A stretch of 64,000 nt of DNA, taken from positions 124,001 to 188,000 of the forward strand of contig JAQGDQ010000433.1 of assembly GCA_030141605.1 (NCBI GenBank), written 5' to 3'. This DNA is from Tubiluchus corallicola (Eukaryota; Animalia; Priapulida). Positions 25,866 to 38,745 of this stretch are shown here, in pieces (positions within the stretch are counted from its first letter, which is position 1; every line of letters begins with the position of its first letter). The notes under the pieces are model-generated. The model was given only the letters and a program-made list of their open reading frames with translations, was not told the DNA's origin and searched no databases. The translations under genes were made by a program, and so were the position numbers.

Positions 25866-26427
25866 CTAAAAACCACAAAAGTTTGGACGTTAAATTTTGC
25901 TCAAATTTGCCTGCTTTACATAAACTTGCCATATGTTATCGATCATTTTACTTCGGGTTACTTTACTAATGTGAACAATGCTGACAAATATTTGTTTTTG
26001 GTAGGGAGCAAAGATCTAGAAATACTAACAATTGTTTGTAATGTAATAGATAAATGTTTTGTAAATAGGGGAGGAAGCTATAGAATTTTGTATTTATAAA
26101 ATTGGATTGTTAGCATTGTTATCAATTGTAGTGTGTTGAATGTGTATGTGACGTTGATGACATACGTCAGTACTTCATGTTGTTTTTTGTCTTTTTGTTT
26201 GGTAATGTGCTACGTACCGCTTTGTACCTATATCTGTTTTGTCTCTAATTAATGACCGTATAAATTTGTTAACGTACTTTCACCCAATAAATTATAAATT
26301 ATAGTCGAAACGTTTGTCATGATTTTAACTTTTAACTGTTTAAAGCAAAAATTTTAATAAAGTTGTGTTACTTTTTAAGTAAAAGAGTTACAGTATGTAT
26401 TTTGAGACAATCGATAAAAAGGCTTAC

Positions 26428-26525
26428 TCAAGACACCGTGATCGTTTATTGAGCAGGTGATCAACTGCATCCGCATCCTGTTCTAGCATATATCTCAGCG
26501 TCTCATCATGCAGATCTCCAGGCAC
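26428..26525 (-). CDS. ARHGAP6: ARHGAP6-like exon (helix after the GAP domain)
   Basis: Manual translation VPGDLHDETLRYMLEQDADAVDHLLNKRSRCL, resembling ARHGAP6 VPPDLQNEVL...DPDVVDYLLRRK. Acceptor gtttag, donor GA|gtaagc; 98 bp. Confidence 0.9.
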
Positions 26526-26609
26526 CTAAACACAGTTAAAGAGTCTCAATAAAAATCAATAAACTTGTACTCCCAAAATGTAACACTTCCGCAGGAAATG
26601 AAATGTTCT

Positions 26610-26664
26610 CATCGTTATCGTCATCGTTATCGTTATCGTCCTCGTCATCGTCGTCATCGTCATT

Positions 26665-26711
<47 letters not shown>
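26610..26711. repeat. (CAT)n/(CGT)n microsatellite
   Basis: Visible directly. Confidence 0.93.
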
Positions 26712-27131
26712 TCAATGAATCATACGTTCATGGACATTATTCTGTTCAATTCCCCATGCCCCAAGTGTTTTTATCACTAAGTATCAATGCTGAAGTGTTT
26801 AAATCTTCAGTGCAAAAATATGTTAACATTTGTTCTCCAGCAGGCTTTCTGACTGGTTCTATGGCTTGTTGAAGAGCTATGTTTGTTGAAGAGCTATCTT
26901 CACTGGATTATCATCAGGTAGTCTAAGCATATATCCAATCCATCTTCTGTCCAAGGTTCTTTTTTTATTTTTCATATAGATCTTTATTTTTGAAACATGT
27001 TATTTCTCAACAGGAATGTGACAAAATGTAAGGAGATTTTGCGCCAGACTAAACTTAGCTTATACAGCTCGTAGCAAATGCCTAAAATCATCTGAAAAAA
27101 CCGTAAATCTGGCACGAACTGCTCACCGTAC

Positions 27132-27314
27132 CTCAAATATTAGTCTGTAGTTTTCTATGACTGTTTCTACGACACTTATGACGTCAGCGCTGTCTTCTGC
27201 CATGGCGCCACTGTCTACGTGGAATGTTTTCTCCACTGGGCTCTTTGATTTGTGCAGAATGCTTGGTCCTATGACTGTCGCAAGGTTTCGTACATTCATT
27301 CTATTGCCAGGAAC
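27132..27314 (-). CDS. ARHGAP6: ARHGAP6-like exon (C-terminal part of the RhoGAP domain)
   Basis: Manual translation VPGNRMNVRNLATVIGPSILHKSKSPVEKTFHVDSGAMAEDSADVISVVETVIENYRLIFE, with the N-x-M-x-x-x-NLA...GP RhoGAP motif. Acceptor tttcag, donor GAG|gtacgg; 183 bp. Confidence 0.93.
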
Positions 27315-27675
27315 CTGAAACAGGTTGTAAGCAGTTCATTGTCTATTGAATTGTCAGAACTGATTGTCAGACATGACGGAGTACATTAGCACGCTATAAT
27401 TTATTTAGCAAGAAATTTTCCATTAGTTCCTCGCGTTTGCCTTGTCATTGTATTATCTTACTACGTCTAATCAGCTTGATTTTACAGCGGATATTTGACG
27501 TTTTTCCTCGTGGGATTTGTCTTATTTCGTTAAAACGCAAAAGTGCTAGTTTGCTTGCAATATGAGCTGATGGCAACTGTCATGGCGAACCTTCCCGTGA
27601 ACAACAGATGCTGTATTATGTCACTTTGCAACGACGCAACGGTTCACCTAGATATGTCAGTACAGTTGTTAACTA

Positions 27676-27845
27676 ATGTATCATTTTGTTACGTTAATGT
27701 TAGGTAATTAATACGCCATTTTGTTACGTTAATGTTACTTAATTAATATGCCATTTTGTTACGTTAATTAATTAATGTGCCATTTTGTTACGCTAATGCT
27801 AATTAATTAATGTGACATTTTGTTACGTTGATGTTAATTAATCAA
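27676..27845. repeat. About 35-bp minisatellite, 5 copies (CATTTTGTTACGTTAATG core)
   Basis: Core recurs near 27682, 27717, 27752, 27781 and 27816. Confidence 0.85.
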
Positions 27846-28057
27846 TAAGTTTATTTGTTTAATGAATATTCTTACTGCATTTTACATGGTGATCAAATGA
27901 ATTTTACAAGTAAAAGACCATCAAAGTTACCAAAAAACCAATTCATGAAATATATACGACCATGGCACATTAATTGATAAAGAGTGCAAAAAATACGACA
28001 AAAAAGGAAAAATAATAAAAACACCAAAAATTTAGCAAAATTTTAATCGTGTAACTT

Positions 28058-28088
28058 ACTGCTACTACTGCTACTGCTATTGCTGCTG

Positions 28089-28152
<64 letters not shown>

Positions 28153-28155
28153 TTT

Positions 28156-28254
<99 letters not shown>

Positions 28255-28311
28255 CACTACTACTACTACTACCACTACTACTACTACTACTACTATTATT
28301 ATTATTATTAT
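28058..28311. repeat. (CTA)n microsatellite with CTG/TTA variants
   Basis: Visible directly. Confidence 0.97.
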
Positions 28312-28764
28312 TTTCCTTTAGTTAACTTTATTCTTTAATTCAGCACGCAGCAGAGTCTTAATCATAAAAATTTAACAATTACTAAAAAACTAATTATAAA
28401 AGCATAAACTTACAATTTATAGAAAAAATAAAAAGATAATGACTTAAAATATTTACTAAAATAATAAACATTAAAATTACATTCCATTGTGCAAAAATTT
28501 TGGTGGCATATAGAAACATAACTATGTTAAATTACTTGTTTTAATAAACCATTACAAGAGTTTAAAACACATCTAAGATTATAATTTATTTTATGCAAGA
28601 TAACTATAAAATGATTAATATCATTTTCTAGCAGTAGTAGTGGCAGTATGCATATAATATTACAGCATAAACAAAATGTTTTTTATATACTCTACCCTGC
28701 AAAAAAGGGAAAAATCCAATCAATTTGCCAATTTGATAAAAATTGTGTGAAGCAGGAGTTAGCT

Positions 28765-29222
28765 GCATTGTACTGCTTTGTTTTTATTGTGCTGCATTCT
28801 ATTGTATTGTTTTTATTGTACTGTGTTGTACTGTATTTTTTATTGTACTATATTTTATTGTTTTGTTTTTATTGTACTGCATAGTAATGTATTGTATTGT
28901 GTTGTGTTGTGTTGTGTTGTATTGTATTGTATTGTATTGTATTGTATTGTATTGTATTGTATTGTATTGTATTGTATTGTATTGTATTGTATTGTATTGT
29001 ATTGTAGTGTAGTGTAGTGTAGTGTAGTGTAGTGTAGTGTAGTGTAGTGTAGTGTAGTGTAGTGTAGTGTAGTGTAGTGTAGTGTAGTGTATTGTATTGT
29101 ATTGTATTGTATTGTATTGTATTGTATTGTATTGTATTGTATTGTATTGTATTGTATTGTATTGTATTGTATGGTATGGTATTGTATTGTTTTTTATTGT
29201 ATTGCTTTGTACTGTATTGTAT
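28765..29222. repeat. Compound (TATTG)n/(TGTTG)n/(TAGTG)n pentanucleotide array
   Basis: Visible directly. Confidence 0.96.
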
Positions 29223-29333
29223 TAAATTGCACTGTCAGTCAAAACTAGAGTCCTAACTAAACGTTCTTAAGACAGTTGATGAATTTTAACTTGTTAATTT
29301 ATCAATGACGCCTTGGCACTCTTTAATACTCAC

Positions 29334-29485
29334 CTCTTCCCCATCTTTTGTGATGTAATCTCCTGCGTAATCAGCTACCTTGTGTAAGAAACACAACAAA
29401 GCCCAGAGGGTATCACGATGAGCAACGGGCAATAATTGTACAAGATACTGCAGCATCCTCAGCTTCTCTCCCAGATTCTCTTTTT
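29334..29485 (-). CDS. ARHGAP6: ARHGAP6-like exon (RhoGAP domain)
   Basis: Encodes KKENLGEKLRMLQYLVQLLPVAHRDTLWALLCFLHKVADYAGDYITKDGEE. Acceptor ttttaccag, donor GAG|gtgagt; 152 bp, phase 1 to 0. Confidence 0.93.
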
Positions 29486-29564
29486 CTGGTAAAAAATGCT
29501 CATCCTTCATACTTTATATTTGTTAGTGCCATCGAACAGGTACGTGCAACAGAATACAAAATTA

Positions 29565-29940
29565 AGTTTTGTTGTGCGCACGCGCATTTGCTATAAGTCA
29601 AAGGTTAAGTGTACCACAACAACGCGTGTTAACGAGAAGCGTCACGTGACGCTTGTAAAGCGAAGCTGTTTGCCGTATCAGTTCAGTAACATCTGTTGTT
29701 TTACGTGGACTTTACTTAACTAAACAATTAATCTGTACGTACAGGGATTTACTAACAGGATCTTGCTTAGAAACAAGAAACAATGAACTAGGTAACGTTC
29801 TTGCTAGCTGTTAAAACTGTTACTATTACAAAAACGTTGGCTGCGAGGCATTGTCAATTGTACACAAATGTGTTGTCTGTTACACTTAACCTTTGACCTT
29901 TTCACGATGATCATCAATCGTTGTAACTGTGAAAAGGCTT
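29565..29940. mobile_element. AAGCC-TIR MITE family copy (one TIR missing)
   Basis: Collinear with 11200..11565; ends AACTGTGAAAAGGCTT|AT. Confidence 0.7.
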
Positions 29941-30750
29941 ATTACTAAACGTACAGAGTATAAACTACGTAGAAGCAACAAACATAAGTAGTAAGTTATG
30001 AAAAAAAGAAACAGTTCTGTAACAATTATAATGCAACATCATGGCTGTATTTTTACTTACGATTTTCTGCGTCTTATTAGTAACTAAAACAGAGACTAAT
30101 ATATTCAGGAATAGCCGAGGGCTTTATTAATAGATTAAATCACCGCCAGAAGACGTTTCCTCGACCTAGTTACTGACTGGGTTCAATGCTGCTTAACTTC
30201 GATGGTTAAACACACACCGTGATCTCTGCATTATTCTTCTCGTATGAGTTAGATAAAATATCTCAGCTATTAAGGTCAAACTAGGGTTACGAAACTCACA
30301 GCCTGGGTAGCCATGGGGGCACACGGGCAATAGTGTGTTCATCTCTGACGTCTGGTCAAGGGGGAAGAAGAGCATCGGTCAGTTTTTTCTTTAAGTCTTA
30401 TCTCCTCCTGGGGCTGTCGGTTTTTTCTATTCTTTTCCACAAGCATCTGTGTATTGTAGGGTAGATGTGCACCTGGGGTTAGGCGGGCTAGCTTTAAAAG
30501 TCCGAGGAAGGGGCCAAAATGCACAATTGGGGGTACCCACATTCGGTGACATTTTAGATGCCGAGGGCCAGGGACAAGGGCCAGGGTGCACTCTCTGGGC
30601 AAAGGGAACTGTTTGTTTGCGACCCGAAAAAGTCGGTCTTCATTTATTTTTCTTTATGGAGCCGTAATTTTTGGTATGTGGTTAGGTGTGGGTGCGTCCT
30701 TGTGCATAACTAAATATGGACGTCAGGATTTGAGTTTTGTAGTCACAGGC

Positions 30751-30764
30751 GTTGCCATAGTAAC
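30751..30764. promoter_or_regulatory. RFX X-box-like motif GTTGCCATAGTAAC (intronic)
   Basis: Matches the X-box consensus GTNRCC-AT-RGYAAC; function is untested. Confidence 0.35.
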
Positions 30765-30809
30765 GGTTAAAATTAGAATAATTATATAACAAAATAAATA
30801 ATTATTTAC

Positions 30810-31016
30810 TTGCAACTGAGATGAACGAGCTGTAAAGTTCTCGAGTCAGTAGTGAATCTGGCAGATCGCGGAAGAACTCCTTTAATAGCGCAGCGACATC
30901 GTGCGGGCTAGTTTGTTCTGAAAGCCTAACAAAACGCCCAGCGTCGAAATCTTCTCTTAGCTGCCTAGTACGTCTGACCGAGTTGCCAACTCGAAAGATT
31001 CCCACTGTTGTCAAAC
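30810..31016 (-). CDS. ARHGAP6: ARHGAP6-like exon with the catalytic arginine finger
   Basis: Encodes [27 protein letters not shown]...[24 protein letters not shown]. Acceptor tttacag, donor GCAA|gtaaat; 207 bp, phase 1 to 1. Confidence 0.96.
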
Positions 31017-31075
31017 CTGTAAATTAAAAAAATTTTGTTGAGTGTTTCTAGTGATTACTTGGTACATTATAAACA

Positions 31076-31625
31076 CTATATTCCAAAATATGCTATAACA
31101 TAATTTGCAAAACTGAGAATCAGCTCTCATACTTTGTATAATGAAAGAGGAAGTACGTTAAACCTAGAAAAATTCCGACTAAGAATCGTATACTCGTATT
31201 GTTTAAGAAATGAAATCGAAGACGAATTACAGTTTGTTATAAAATGCTCATATTACAATGATCTTAGAGGAAAATTATATAATCACGTCAATGTAATTAT
31301 ACTATAATCATTAGTAAAGATTTAGAAGTAATTAAGGCATTTATTGATTATGTTGAAAAATAAGACATGATGAACAATATACTATGTAATGATCATATTA
31401 TCGAAAATGAGGTCTGATGAATGACAATTTATTTTAAATATTAATCATTAAACTTTTCATCTAAATAACTAACCGGAAAATTTAATATAATTTGTTTTAT
31501 CTTTAATTGTTTTGCTGGTCTGCAGTGTCACTTGTATTTCAAAATTGAAATTGTATGTATGTCCTGTTTTTTCTTGTATTGCGTGTATTTTTGGCACTAA
31601 TAAATACGAATATGATAATTGAAAA
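31076..31625 (+). mobile_element. Decayed non-LTR retrotransposon 3' end (RTE-X-like C-terminal Cys/His region)
   Basis: Frameshifted KLRISSH...RG.Y...NRI...C...EIEDELQFVIKCSYYNDLR; a second copy lies at 42077..42280. Confidence 0.6.
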
Positions 31626-31677
31626 CCTGAACATAGTAGCAAACTTGTTTATCATAGCACAAACCCTACATCAATAA

Positions 31678-32259
31678 AGGAAAACCGGATTCAGTCTTAA
31701 ACTATAGCTCAAAACAATCTATCTGATCTACGAAATATTGAAAGGGAAAATATTGTTTTTAAGAATGACTTACGTGAAAGAATTATTACAGTAGAAGCGT
31801 AATTTCGCGTTTGCGCAGTTAGTCCTTCACTGTTATATGCATTTCGCCATTCGCTTGTCAGATGAGCCCTGTAACTCTCGGATAACGCGTTGCACTAAAA
31901 ACAGGGGCTGCACATCTTATGAGTTCATTTGTGATGTGGCGCACACATTCGAGAGCTCATGCTTGGTAAACCTGAGATTAAGATTTTCAAATTCAAAATT
32001 TGCAGAGATTTAGTGTTTCACACTGAATGTTATACAGTAGCACAGTACTTGAATTTCCGCTTCCGCAAACACGTGCAACACGGTCGTGGAATGTTTGTGT
32101 TATTGAAAACTATGTTCATTTGTGATGTAATCAATAACTGATCTCCCGGCAGTTAATTAGGTTTTTAACTTATTTCAGAAACACTTTGGCATTATTATAG
32201 GTGCTAAAATTTACTTTCTACGATACTGGGTAGGACGTGAAAAATCATCCTGTTTTCCT
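31678..32259 (+). mobile_element. Kolobok-like K1-related copy
   Basis: AGGAAAACCGGATTCAGTCTTAAACT ... AATCATCCTGTTTTCCT|TTAA, with internal homology to K1. Confidence 0.7.
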
Positions 32260-32269
32260 TTAACAGTAT

Positions 32270-32777
32270 CAGTGTTGGCTCGTGTATGGGTACTGCAGCA
32301 CCCCCATTCAATACTATCTATAATATACATTATAATAAGTCTTTTCTCTTTAGTTCTTTCTTTATACTTGTAGGGAACCAGAGCACGTGAGGGTAGCATT
32401 GTTTGCTTCACAGCCTAGCACAGTGGCGCTCCAACAACGCGGTGTTTGTCTGTTATGCGCATGCAGCCACTGCGCACATATCAACTCGGGTAAAGAAAGT
32501 ACTGTCGCTCACACAGTCTGTTTTCAGTTGTCATGTGTTCACCGTGCTTGAATCAAGCTTGAACTGCGACAATTTAGGCTATTAGTAAATAAAAAATATT
32601 TTTTCGTTTAGGATTTTATCAAGTATATTTATAAACCTTCCTATGTTTTGTTTGTTTGAAATTACAAGTTACAACATTAAAATTACCCAAGTTTGGTTCG
32701 TTTTACACAGTATTAAAACAATGGCTAAAATTTTCTGAAGCAGCACCCCCGCTAATTTTAGCTACGACCTGCCACTG
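32270..32777. mobile_element. hAT-like MITE
   Basis: CAGTG...CACTG ends with imperfect 14-bp TIRs, an 8-bp flanking duplication AACAGTAT / AACAGTTT, and subterminal GCAGCACCCCC at both ends. Confidence 0.6.
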
Positions 32778-33090
32778 AACAGTTTGATTGTGTGAGACTA
32801 TTAATGTTTTGAAAACGTTAATCATTTAGGCTTGTTAGTCACTGCAATAAACGCATAAGTTATTATAGCTTGCAAATCTAATAAGAGTCCAAGAACAAAA
32901 TTAATCTTTAGAAAACAAAGTCAAATAAAGACTTAGAAGATGCTTAGCAATAAAGGATTGTACAAAGTGGTACCATATGTAAGTGCCATCAATGATAATG
33001 TGTACAGGTGAAGCGGACGTTAATACTTTCTTTGCAAGGCAAAAGAGAAAGCTCTTTGTACTTTGAAAATATATAGAAAAATATGGTTAC

Positions 33091-33625
33091 AGGAAAACAG
33101 GACAATTGTGTAAATATTAGTTCAAAGTAAAGTATGTTCTAAAATATTGAAAACTACAACAGTTTTTTTAAATCAAAGTTTAGATAATAATTATCTCGGA
33201 TAGTTAAATTTTGTTGAACTTTCAAAGCTACACGTTGCTCAGTGAATTCACTAAGACTGGCAATAGCGCCTTTTTGTCACATGGCCGACAAATAGGCGTG
33301 GTACCGTGATAAGCATGACCGTGAACAGTGTCCGTCTGTGGCGTTAGTGTGACGTAGGCTCATTTTCGTGACATCACATCAGCGTCTTATAGCAATGTTC
33401 GTTTACGCAAACGGGCTTGACGTGCAGAGAAGGCGCCTACCATGGCACAAACTGTGTGGTTAGTTTGTGACGTAAGCGATAGCTGTGTTCGGTTGTCGTT
33501 AATTAACTATCCAAGGTAATCATTCAAATATTAGAAACAATTGCTAACTTTTATAGGAACGAAAATGTATACTTTGGACAGTAAATTAAAATGAGATTGA
33601 GTCTAATCAATCGTTCCGTTTTCCT
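33091..33625 (+). mobile_element. Kolobok-like MITE, family K2
   Basis: TTAC|AGGAAAACAGGACAATTG ... CAATCGTTCCGTTTTCCT|TTAA; collinear with 21301..21844. Confidence 0.8.
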
Positions 33626-34827
33626 TTAACATGTTAGCACTGTTATAAGAGGCAATTTTCACCGTAGAATCTTTAGATTGTAACCACCCACTGAATGTCC
33701 TCCTATCTCGTGATGGTAGATCAGTGGAAATATTCTAAAATTGTCTTTTATTCCTTTTTAAGACATTTTGATTGTCATAAGGTGCTTGCAAACCAAAACC
33801 GTCCATTGTCGGCATATTAAAACTACGTTATTATGCTTCAAAATAGAATGCACCAAAATTTGGTCAAATGTCAATTTTTCGATTTTTACAAAAACAAACG
33901 CTAAATATGTTGGACTTTTATATTTTAGCATCATTTATAAAGAAAATGTTTAAAAAATACAAAGAATTTAATTTTATAACCTCACACCCAGTTTTCTGGC
34001 AAGAGACTAGTAATAACTCGTAACTGCAATAACTTGTATTTTCAAACTCTAACATGTTGCTTCGGTTTTTTCTGTTGCCAAGCCCAGATCTTCGTCAAGA
34101 AGAGCCATCTACTGAACTTAAACATAACCTCAATGTGTTTTTGCAATGTCCATAGCAACCAACATTTACGCAGTTGTTAAGTGCTTTGTAGAGACGCGAC
34201 AAAAAACAATGGCTATCATTAACAGTGATTTTCTCAAGGTTATGTTTTCCAGTGTGTAGCCTGCACCTCAACTTCAACATCGATTATTTCAGCTTAGAAA
34301 TAACATAGAGTGATGAACTTGGTATCAAAATGGTCATTATGAAATGGAGATTCAGGATATGGGAATAACTAGAAAAGCTTAAATGCCGACTTACGGATGA
34401 TTTTGCTATGCTATGCTTATTTTCATTGAAACATCATTCGCGTAGTCTATTTTATGCTTTCATAAGAACAGCTCGTAAGATAAATTTGATTTCTGGAAAT
34501 TTCTTAGCGCTCGTTTCAACCTTTGTTTATTGTAGCTATTAAAGCAACAATATTGGGCGGCTTCATAATAAATTTAGCGCGGAAATACAAGAATGAACGC
34601 GTTTTTGTCCGCCATTGCGTTGACAATGCATTTTTATTAACGCAATATCTCGGCGTGGATGAGTAACGTGTTACTGCAAAATACAGAGAAGCTATATTAT
34701 TGTTTAAATTCGCCAGTATGATGATGGCGTTGCAATAAAATCTAGAACTTCAGAGCAAGTGCAAGTATAAGATAGGAACTAACAAAGACATAATCGGTAA
34801 AGAGTTAACAGCTCATATCGTTTATCG

Positions 34828-35640
34828 TTCTCTCTTCTCTTCTCTTCTCTTCTCTTCTCTTCTCTTCTCTTCTCTTCTCTTCTCTTCTCTTCTCTTCTCT
34901 TCTCTTCTCTTCTCTTCTCTTCTCTTCTCTTCTCTTCTCTTCTCTTCTCTTCTCTTCTCTTCTCTTCTCCTCTCTTCTCTTTTCTGCTCTCTTCTCTTCT
35001 TCTCTTCTCTTCTATTCTCTTCTCTTCTCGCCTCTTCTCTTCTCTTCTCCTCTCCTTTTCTCTCCTCTCTTCTCTTCTCTCCCCCTCTCCTCTCTTTTCT
35101 CTTCTCTTCTCTTCTCTCTCTTCTCGTCTCTTCTCGTCTCCTCTCTTCTCTTCTCTTCTCTTCTCTTCTCTTCTCTTCTCTTCTCTTCTCTTCTCTTCTC
35201 TTCTCTTCTCTTCTCTTCTCTTCTCTTCTCTTCTCTTCTCTTCTCTTCTCTTCTCTTCTCTTCTCTTCTCTTCTCTTCTCTTCTCTTCTCTTCTCTTCTC
35301 TTCTCTTCTCTTCTCTTCTCTTCTCTTCTCTTTTCTTCTCTTCTCCTCTTCTCTTCTCTCTTCCCTTTTCTTCTCTTCTCTTCTCTTCTCTTCTCTTCTC
35401 TTCTCTTCTCTTCTCTTCTCTTCTCTTCTCTTCTCTTCTCTTCTCTTCTCTTCTCTTCTCTTCTCTTCTCTTCTCTCCTCTCCTCTCCTCTCCTCTCCTC
35501 TCCTCTCCTCTCCTCTCCTCTCCATCCATCCATCCATCCATCCATCCATGCATCCATCCATCCATCCATCCATCCATCCATCCATCCATCCATCCATACA
35601 CCTACCCACAAAGCCAAATTCATTCATTCATTCATTCATC
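34828..35640. repeat. Polypyrimidine (TCTCT)n/(CCTCT)n array followed by (TCCA)n and (TTCA)n
   Basis: Visible directly; explains the EKRRE/MDGW ORFs. Confidence 0.97.
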
Positions 35641-37137
35641 CACTGACTCATCATTACTAATCCAGCCAAACCAGTTGGCAACTAGTTCATCCTTCAATAC
35701 GCCGCACATTGAAAAGTTACAATTACCGTGTTCTAAAACAAACAAAACAGAGAAATTCCCAAGACAGGCAGCATCTATTAAAGAATCAGGTTAAAATAAT
35801 CAAATTTCAGTTGCGTCAAATTAGTCCTCAAAAACAGAAATCAGCTTATTATGGCGTTACACGAAAAATCATTTCGTCTCTTGCAATTTTTCCGTTTTTT
35901 CGTGTTTTTATAAAAATCAAAATGACAGAAGCAACTAAAAATTATTTTTCAGAAAATGTCAAAAGTGCCAAGCTTGTTTTTCCATTTACAAAGTGCCACA
36001 CAGGAGCTTAAATGAACAGCTTATTTAATATGATTTTATGTCTGCTTATTCTTACATTACGTAAGAAATAATAAATAATTTCTTACAGATTTTGGAAGCA
36101 TTTTTTGGTATTCTTTGCATTGATGTGATCTCAGTTTTAGCATAAACTTTATTTATTTTACGTGGATTGACATACAGTAATATTTACTGATTGGAGTTTT
36201 TCCACTGTGTAACAGATAGATTTTAGTTAAGAACAGATATATATATACAACTGGTTATCAAGAATATAGTTACACAGATAGTTAGTTCAAAAACACAAGT
36301 AATTCATTAGTTAACACTTAAAATTGAAATATACAAAGGTCACAGAGTACAGAAGCGACACCAGAAACAATAGTCAATGTACATCATCCTATTAGTTGTA
36401 CAAAAGTATGATTGCTCAATATCTGGTGTTTAATTCAAAATAATTCAGATTACAATTCAATATACAATTACATGTACAATCAATTAGCAAAACGTTTAGT
36501 AGACTTTTTGTAGTTCTGCAACAATATGAAGAGAATGGCACTGGATGGATGACCTGAATTGAGTTTATAAAAAATGTCGTTGTAAATAATAGCAGGTCTA
36601 GCGTTGGCATGTAATTCTTGAGTTATGTGTCGATAATAACAGAGCTGATCTAATAATAGTGTAGTGTGTACGTCATAGTTTGAGCATTCAAAAATTTAAT
36701 GGTGGGAACTCTCAATCGAATTGTTGCAGCTAGGTGAAAGGCCATCGGTCAATTTTCTATTCTAAACGTAACTATCGAGAACTACGCCAGTATGATGCTT
36801 CTGGAGTAAAAGTGTTTATTTATGATTGCATTGATCTGTCCTTGCAAACCTGTTTCATAGTATACATTTAACTCTATGTAAAGTGTGCAAATTTGCCTAA
36901 ACTAGTTTTGTATACATTCCCAATTAGCCGTGTAATCATTTGCATCCAGGCTTCCTTCTCAGTAGGCATATAAAGATGTAATCTTGCCTAAATTTTCCTA
37001 GCTTGTCTGGGGTGTCATACCACTGTCAAGTCACTCCACCTCCTCATTGTCGAGGATAATCCAGGGGAAGAACTAGGTATGTATTTAGTCTTGTAATCGT
37101 GGCTCTTTTCACTCATGTTCTTTTATATGTAACACTC

Positions 37138-37658
37138 TCATAACGTAGCAATGGCTTCAACTTTCGTAACGTAGCATTAGCTGCAGATCCTTCATAGCGT
37201 AGTATTAGCTGCAGATCTTTCATAACGTAACATTAGCTGTAGATCTTTCATAACGTAGCATTAGCTGCAGATCTTTCATAACGTAGCATTAGCTGCAGAT
37301 CTTTCATAACGTAGCATTAGCTGCAGATCTTTCATAACGTAGCATTAGCTGCAGATCTTTCATAACGTAGCATTAGCTGTAGATCTTTCATAACGTAGCA
37401 TTAGCTGTAGATCTTTCATAACGTAGCATTAGCTGTAGATCTTTCATAACGTAGCATTAGCTGCAGATCTTTCATAACGTAGCATTAGCTCTAGATCTTT
37501 CATAACGTAGCATTAGCTGCAGATCTTTCATAACGTAGCATTAGCTGTAGATCTTTCATAACGTAGCATTAGCTGTAGATCTTTCATAACGTAGCATTAG
37601 CTGTAGATCTTTCATAACGTAGCATTAGCTGTAGATCTTTCATAACGTAGCATTAGCT
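37138..37658. repeat. 28-bp minisatellite, about 18 copies (CATTAGCTGCAGATCTTTCATAACGTAG)
   Basis: Head-to-tail, near-identical units with no spacers. Confidence 0.96.
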
Positions 37659-38180
37659 TTTCCATTTTAGCATTTCATAACATTTCCATTAATCTTGTAA
37701 TTGTTGTCTTTTTGTCTAATATCAATCATTGTAAATACCATAGTATATACTAAATCATTAATAACTATGCGCATATTTTGATTTCATCGTTCTTGTTTTC
37801 TGTTATTAGGGTATCAGCAAATTCAATTCATATACATTTTCCACCTAGCTACTGTCAGTTTCAGCATGGTGCAAGTCCAATGTCTAACTATGCTTGATGT
37901 CTTATGCATAACCTCTATAGGTACCTTAACCTAATTACAGCAACTAATTAAGCTTCACAGCGTGTGAGTGTCATGACGCAGCAAAATAATAATATTTGTC
38001 AACAAAGCGGCAAGATCAAATAATGTTGCGTGAATGGTGCTTGGATTGCAACATCAAATTAGGTTGACAAGACACTAATAACAGTGTGCTTTGTGGAGGT
38101 AAACTATTTTTGACCCGCCCCCCATTTTTCAAGATGAGACAAATAGTATGTGTGTGCGCGTGTGCGAAGAGCGCGGGTTT

Positions 38181-38745
38181 AAGGAAGATAGGATGATTTT
38201 TCAAAAATTGTCCCATTTTCAAGTACTGTAAAAAGTATACATTTTAACACTAATAATACTGGAAAAGCGTTTCTGATAATTATTAAATAATAGATTAAAA
38301 ACTTATTTAACGACGGGCGAGCCCAACTATTGATGACATCACAAACTAACCTAATTTTCAACATCAAAAATTTTCCACGAGCGTGTCGCAAGTGTTTGCG
38401 GAAGCGAAAATTGGAGTACAGTGTTACTGTATGATATTCAGTGTATTGTAGTAAAACTAGGCAAGTTTTAAGATAAAAATTCTAATTTCAAATTTACTGC
38501 TGTGCTCACGCATGAGCTGTCGAACGTGTGTAGTTCGTCTCAGACTAACACATCTGAAATGAAAAGTACAGCACCGCTGTTTTTTGTACAATGCGCTTCC
38601 GAAATGCAGGCGCTAGTGCCCGTCTAACTAGCGAATGGCGAAATGCACGGAACGTAAAATTGTGTTTATGCGGTAAAAATTCTTTCTTGTAAGTCATTTT
38701 CGAAAACATACAGACATACAGTTTAACATTGGGTTCGGTTTTGCT
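38181..38745 (-). mobile_element. Kolobok-like K1 copy
   Basis: AGGAAGATAGGATGATTTTTC ... GGGTTCGGTTTTGCT|TTAA. Confidence 0.75.

Noticed and set aside
33630-34740. Transposon-like non-coding block with CTTGGTATCAAAATG and ATATCTCGG motifs
   Set aside because: I could not define termini or find a second copy in the window.
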